Positions 59,007 to 64,000 of a DNA stretch of 64,000 bases are shown in pieces. The DNA is from Prevotella sp. (GTDB lineage: Bacteria > Bacteroidota > Bacteroidia > Bacteroidales > Dysgonomonadaceae): NCBI GenBank assembly GCA_031285625.1, contig JAITVV010000084.1:1-64000 (forward strand), read 5' to 3'. A program made the position numbers and the translations under genes. Under the pieces are notes generated by a model that did not search any database, had not been told where the DNA came from, and saw only the letters and a program-made list of their open reading frames with translations. Each line of letters begins with the position of its first letter. Position 1 is the stretch's first letter.

Positions 59007-59771
59007 ATGGGTAATATAGCTAAACGCCATAAGTATATTCTGGAACAGCTCAAAAGAGATGGCTATGTAAAGGTTCAGGAGCTAAGTTTAAAGCTGGGAG
59101 TATCCGAAGTTACGATTCGAAAGGATTTAAAACAACTCGAAAGTAAAAAGATGCTATATCGCAATCACGGTAGTGCAAGCAGCCTAAGTTCTATCATATC
59201 TGACAAGCACATTGATGTGAAAGAAAAAATGCATACTGATGAAAAACTACGCATAGCCAAAGAAGCAAATCGCCTGTTGGAACCGAATGATAAAATAATC
59301 ATAGCATCAGGCACAACTCTATTTGCTTTTGCAAATGAAATAAATACGAATGATAATCTTACTGTAATTACATCTTCTGTAAAAGTTTCGCTTGCATTAT
59401 GTTACAATCCGAACATCGAAATAATACAGCTAGGAGGTAGTATGAGGAAAAATTCCGTATCAGTAATAGGTCACTATGCCGAAAATATATTAGACAGCCT
59501 ATCATGTAATAAACTCTTTTTGGGGGTAGACGGCATTGACCTGGATTACGGATTGACTACTAGTGACATGAGCGAAGCGCGCATCAACCAACAAATGATA
59601 GATGCTGCCCAAAAAATAATTGTATTAACAGACTCCTCAAAGTTTGGCAAAAGAGGTTTTTGCAAGATATGTGATATTAATAAGATACATCATATAATAA
59701 CAGATTCAAATGCACCAAGCCATATAATAGATATGCTGCGCGAGAGGGAAATAGAAGTCACCCTTGTATAA
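59007..59771 (+). CDS. glpR: DeoR/GlpR-family repressor
   Basis: VSEVTIRKDL HTH, SGTT, KLFLGVDG, DSSKFG; divergent from the glp operon. Confidence 0.9.
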   Translation: MGNIAKRHKYILEQLKRDGYVKVQELSLKLGVSEVTIRKDLKQLESKKMLYRNHGSASSLSSIISDKHIDVKEKMHTDEKLRIAKEANRLLEPNDKIIIASGTTLFAFANEINTNDNLTVITSSVKVSLALCYNPNIEIIQLGGSMRKNSVSVIGHYAENILDSLSCNKLFLGVDGIDLDYGLTTSDMSEARINQQMIDAAQKIIVLTDSSKFGKRGFCKICDINKIHHIITDSNAPSHIIDMLREREIEVTLV

Positions 59772-59792
59772 TATTTAATAAAGAATATAGTT

Positions 59793-59869
59793 AAATCCTG
59801 ACTTGATCCGATCCTGGTCAGGATTTTTTTTAAATAATGAAGGATATCCCTTACGGAATACCCTTCATT
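59793..59869. terminator. Back-to-back terminators between convergent genes
   Basis: AAATCCTGAC/GTCAGGATTT plus T-run; AATGAAGG/CCTTCATT. Confidence 0.75.
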
Positions 59870-59919
59870 TCTCAATATTAATGTTAATCAAGGCTTCACA
59901 GCTTTTTCTTATATATCTA

Positions 59920-61197
59920 TTATTTATCCAATAGCGATTTATAGAAAGTTTCAATATCGCTCCATCTATAATAAGGCAAGATATCACTCCTGACAGGAGG
60001 TACTAGTATTTCTTTTTCATGAAGGAGAAATTTTACAATAATATCATCCGGATTCTTTTTATTCCGGAAAAATACAATCTGTATATTACCTGCCATTGGA
60101 GCCACTTTAAAGTCGCTCCATACTTTATAGAATTCTGATGGTTCGGAAACACTATTATAGCAATCTTTGAGATGAAGCAACATAGCTAATGGTATAATAT
60201 TTCCATCATGGGCAAAACGTAATGTAACTCCTTTACCTCTATTCTGAATAACGACATTAGCCGAGTCCAGAATGTTTTTTAATAAGGGTTTACAGTTTTC
60301 AAACATAAGCCCATTGTTTAATGCAGAGTTGGCGTCATTCACATATAAACGGTAATTTCTGCATTGCCACAGATCGAACAATTCTTCTTTTTCGAAAATA
60401 TCATAAAAAGATAAATCTGTCTCTATATTTTGCATACCTCCTGCAATACCATACAGACCGAGCATGAACGATTTTGGATTTACTTTTTTTAGAACGTATA
60501 TACTATCTGAAAACAAAGACGAAACTAACCGCTGAGGATGTATATGGCTTTCTTCAAACTTCAGATATTCTTCACGCCATGTATCTTTTGCTGACCGGAA
60601 AGCAATAGCTTCCTTTGTATGATGATTCAAGTAACGCTGATGCTTTATGCTCGATTCGCGTGTTATCTGCAATGTAGGATTAAGCTCTTTAAGTCGTTCA
60701 CTAAAAGCGTCCATACTCAACGCGCAGCGTACTATAGTTGTAGAACTGGCAGAAATTTTTACGTTATTACTAAATACTTCCGGAAATGCCCGATACATGC
60801 GCTCTGCAATTCCCCTATGCTCGCGAATCCCTAAAGGAGACAGATCTCCTCCACGCCATTCTACTTCTTGCCAGACTTTAGTCAAACGATTATATACATC
60901 TAACCCTAATGGAGATAATGCATTCTTCATACGCGCATCATCCAAAAGGTCAAGAATATTTTTATAATCACTATCACTTATAAGATAACGTGACCCATGA
61001 CGTCCAAAATGACTTATATAAAACGGTTCGTATCCCTTTGGAACCGGAGTATATGGGACAATATCCCGATCCGGATATGCATAGTAAACTCCTCCTGTTT
61101 TTTCAGGTGTTTCAAATATTTCCTGTTTTGAGGTTTGCCCTACTGTTATACAAATATTCAAAAACAAAAAGAATAATAGAAAGCAAATAGTCTTCAT
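59920..61197 (-). CDS. Secreted histidine acid phosphatase (branch 2, phytase/MINPP-like)
   Basis: Signal peptide from MKTICF; SHFGRHGSRY and RFAHD motifs. Confidence 0.9.
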   Translation of the reverse strand: MKTICFLLFFLFLNICITVGQTSKQEIFETPEKTGGVYYAYPDRDIVPYTPVPKGYEPFYISHFGRHGSRYLISDSDYKNILDLLDDARMKNALSPLGLDVYNRLTKVWQEVEWRGGDLSPLGIREHRGIAERMYRAFPEVFSNNVKISASSTTIVRCALSMDAFSERLKELNPTLQITRESSIKHQRYLNHHTKEAIAFRSAKDTWREEYLKFEESHIHPQRLVSSLFSDSIYVLKKVNPKSFMLGLYGIAGGMQNIETDLSFYDIFEKEELFDLWQCRNYRLYVNDANSALNNGLMFENCKPLLKNILDSANVVIQNRGKGVTLRFAHDGNIIPLAMLLHLKDCYNSVSEPSEFYKVWSDFKVAPMAGNIQIVFFRNKKNPDDIIVKFLLHEKEILVPPVRSDILPYYRWSDIETFYKSLLDK

Positions 61198-61279
61198 TAA
61201 TTCTGCATTTTTTAACTCATAGTGCATTTTATGTAACAATGCACTATGAGAAATCAATATATTAATTTTGTGATAAGAT

Positions 61280-62956
61280 TTATTTATAATCCGGATTTTG
61301 AGTTAAGTAAGGGTTTACGGTAAACTCATCCTGAGGAATAGGATATAATTTATATTTATTATTCACATTCTTACCTATATAATTTCCGGCATTTCCATCA
61401 CTACCCTTCCAATCCCAGTTATATCCTTCAGTAAACTTATTAAAACGGATCAGGTCGGTACGGCGCACAAGTTCTGTATGTAATTCACGGGCACGTTCAT
61501 CAAGTATAAAATCTAACGTTAATTGATTATCAGCGATACGTCCTGATGATGCATTTCCATATTTACCCGACAGATATGCCCTGTCGCGAACCTCGTTTAC
61601 ATAACCTAAAGCTTCGTTTTTGCTACCGCCGCCACCTCTGAGTATAGCCTCAGCTGCCATCAAATAAGCATCAGCAGTACGGAACATAGGATAATCTATT
61701 GAGGTATATGTTGCATCTGGGTCTGTCCCATCTTTCATTACATTACGCCATTTGATGCAAGCGTATCCGTTATCAAAATCTTTCTGAAATGCTTTTCCTT
61801 CCACCCATGTTTCTTTTGTATGATCTATTGTAAAGAACTGAGCACGTTTATCTTTCTTTTTATCTCCCCAGGTATCAGCAATATCAAAAGTCTGGTCTGA
61901 AATATCGAACATATCCACCAATTGAGTCTTGACACGGGCATTGCCCCAGCCTCTTCCACCAATACCGGTGGCATAATATTTACTCATAACTCCGTTTACC
62001 AACGCTTTCACCAGGAAGTTTGTTCCTGCATGCCCCGGTGAATGTACTTCGTCCTGAACCAGTGGCCAGATTATTTCAGAGCAAGTATTATTATCTGCTA
62101 AAAAAATATGGCGGTAATCTGAAGCCAAAGGATATTTACCACTATCAATCACTTTCTTTGCATACTGATATGCTTTGTCATACTGGCCATCTCCTACCCA
62201 AGCCTCAGAATTCAAATATATACGGGATAAAAGAAACCAGCCTGCAACCTGATCAACCCGAGCATAGACATTTGTTCCCGGAGCTTTCATATCTGCAGCA
62301 GCAGCCTCTGCTTCAGCCACAACAAAATCATATATCTCACGCCTTGTTTTCTGTTGCGGAATTGTTCCGGTTTCCATTGTTTCATCTACAAAAGGGCCTG
62401 ACCCATAAAGATCACATATCATAGAATAGCAATACGCCCGGATGAAACGTGCTTCAGCACGATAGTACTCATATTCATCTTTAAGTTTGTCATACACTCC
62501 TCTATCCTTTAACTTCGATTCTGTCGTCTCACGTAAAAGTTCATTACAGTAATTGATAGCCATGTAGAGACGGTAATACGGATAACTAACCACCTTAGTA
62601 GACGCATCCCAGTTCAGGTATAATATATCGAGTGTACCATGGCTGCTACCTGCATGAAGAGCAATCTCATCAGTAGGGCATTCCTGAAGATAGAACAAGG
62701 CCCTTGTAAATCCACTATATCCTTCATCAATATTAGGTACATCCTTATTGCCATCAGGCCCGATCTGCCCTGTCATGATTAGTGAACCATAACACTTCGC
62801 TAATACTCCTTCGTATCCTTCGGCTGTACTATAAACATCTTCTGCAACAAGCCGGTTATCATCCAAAGGCATTGTATCCAAATCATTGAGACACGACGAG
62901 AACAGAAAAATTGATGTGACAGCTATTATTATATTTTTTATTAATCGTATTTTCAT
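61280..62956 (-). CDS. susD: SusD/RagB-family lipoprotein
   Basis: Lipobox FSSC-LNDLD, AEARFIRAY, FRTADAYLMAAEA, LDERAREL..E..RRTDLIRF, QNPDY. Confidence 0.95.
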   Translation of the reverse strand: MKIRLIKNIIIAVTSIFLFSSCLNDLDTMPLDDNRLVAEDVYSTAEGYEGVLAKCYGSLIMTGQIGPDGNKDVPNIDEGYSGFTRALFYLQECPTDEIALHAGSSHGTLDILYLNWDASTKVVSYPYYRLYMAINYCNELLRETTESKLKDRGVYDKLKDEYEYYRAEARFIRAYCYSMICDLYGSGPFVDETMETGTIPQQKTRREIYDFVVAEAEAAAADMKAPGTNVYARVDQVAGWFLLSRIYLNSEAWVGDGQYDKAYQYAKKVIDSGKYPLASDYRHIFLADNNTCSEIIWPLVQDEVHSPGHAGTNFLVKALVNGVMSKYYATGIGGRGWGNARVKTQLVDMFDISDQTFDIADTWGDKKKDKRAQFFTIDHTKETWVEGKAFQKDFDNGYACIKWRNVMKDGTDPDATYTSIDYPMFRTADAYLMAAEAILRGGGGSKNEALGYVNEVRDRAYLSGKYGNASSGRIADNQLTLDFILDERARELHTELVRRTDLIRFNKFTEGYNWDWKGSDGNAGNYIGKNVNNKYKLYPIPQDEFTVNPYLTQNPDYK

Positions 62957-62975
62957 AATCTGATTCCTCCAACAC

Positions 62976-64000
62976 TTAAAAATTAAGATTTAATGATAAT
63001 GTGTAAATTCTGGGACGCTGATAGGTATTTTTATCAATACCACTATATACTTCCGGATCAACTCCCGAATAATTTGTAATAGTACATACATTCTGAGCAC
63101 TAAAAGCCATACGCAAAGAACTGGAATTATTCCACAGCTTATTGAAAGTATAGCCTAATGTGATATTATCAATTTTGAAGAATGAGCCACTTTCCAGATA
63201 ATAGTCAGAGTAGATGCGTTGCTGTACAAACTCGTCTTTCAATGTCTTATGTGATATATTGCTGGATACTTTATTTGCGCTGAACAGGTCGTCGAGAGAC
63301 TCAGATGCCTGCTGATAGTTATATACATAATTACCAAAGCTACCATGTCCATTCATTCCCAAATCCCAGTTCTTGTATGTCAGACGAGTTGACAGACCAT
63401 AGTAATATGGAACTCTGGAACTCTTATCCGTGATATATTTATTTGCATCACTCTCACTGGTAGTAATAGAACCATCTTTAGCAATGTATTGCCCATCCAG
63501 CGGTTTCCCGTTATCATCATATGCTTGCTTGAGCAGATAGAATGTATTCGGAGTCTGATCTACCATATATACCTGCAGATATTTTCCTGTACCTCCGGCA
63601 TTTCCGGTAGGAACATAATTATCATCTGTATCTATTGTATTCAGTTTAGTTATTTTAGAGTTTCCATAAGTAAAATTACCTCCTATCGACCATTCCCAAT
63701 CGCTATTCTTAACAGGTATAGCATTCAGTGCCAATTCAACACCATTACTTTTCATATCCCCGATATTTGTACTGATAACGCTTGTGAAATTACTTCCTGC
63801 AGGAACAAATATTGTATTCAACAAATCTTTTGTTCTGCGTGTATAGACATCGACACTACCGTATATACGATTATTCAGGAATCCGTAGTCTAGCCCGAAG
63901 TTATATGTGCTTGTTGTTTCCCATTTGATATTAGGATCCGATCCATTCGGACGGTACATAGTTACCCATCTGTCTCCAAACTGGTATTGTGCATTATCAT
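62976..64000 (-). CDS. susC: SusC-family TonB-dependent transporter, C-terminal part (runs off the window)
   Basis: PNIKWETT, SFFKIDNITLGY, YSGVDPE, YQRPRIYTLSLNLNF. Confidence 0.93.
   Translation of the reverse strand, partial: DNAQYQFGDRWVTMYRPNGSDPNIKWETTSTYNFGLDYGFLNNRIYGSVDVYTRRTKDLLNTIFVPAGSNFTSVISTNIGDMKSNGVELALNAIPVKNSDWEWSIGGNFTYGNSKITKLNTIDTDDNYVPTGNAGGTGKYLQVYMVDQTPNTFYLLKQAYDDNGKPLDGQYIAKDGSITTSESDANKYITDKSSRVPYYYGLSTRLTYKNWDLGMNGHGSFGNYVYNYQQASESLDDLFSANKVSSNISHKTLKDEFVQQRIYSDYYLESGSFFKIDNITLGYTFNKLWNNSSSLRMAFSAQNVCTITNYSGVDPEVYSGIDKNTYQRPRIYTLSLNLNF

Overview
AT-rich Bacteroidota chromosome segment. Gene content and TAnnTTTG promoters suggest a Dysgonomonas-like facultative anaerobe (inference). 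From left to right: (1) the decayed end of an integrative element (3' tRNA-Gly fragment, repeated arm-like sites, frameshifted integrase N-terminus fused to a truncated LytTR locus); (2) ecotin, serS, two SPOR lipoproteins and an MBL hydrolase; (3) a 1521-aa secreted repeat protein; (4) a tight six-gene operon: coiled-coil protein, membrane PspA-like coiled coil, membrane-anchored SBP-OmpA fusion, ABC permease, ABC ATPase, rhomboid protease; (5) an HTCS-controlled alpha-mannosidase PUL (SusC/D, HExxH peptidase, three GH92) whose leader carries a long (AG)n tract inside a small ORF that stops in a terminator-like loop; (6) an NrtR-regulated GH3/TonB-receptor/two-phosphatase locus; (7) ahpCF and a GNAT; (8) a glycerol regulon (glpD-glpK-glpF-HAD phosphatase-porin, glpABC, glpR); (9) the end of a second SusC/D locus with a histidine acid phosphatase. 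Best candidates for undescribed biology: the PspA-like/SBP-OmpA/ABC/rhomboid operon, the SSR-containing leader attenuator, and the porin + periplasmic phosphatase glycerol-phosphate route. All family assignments come from motif recognition by eye; no database searches were run.
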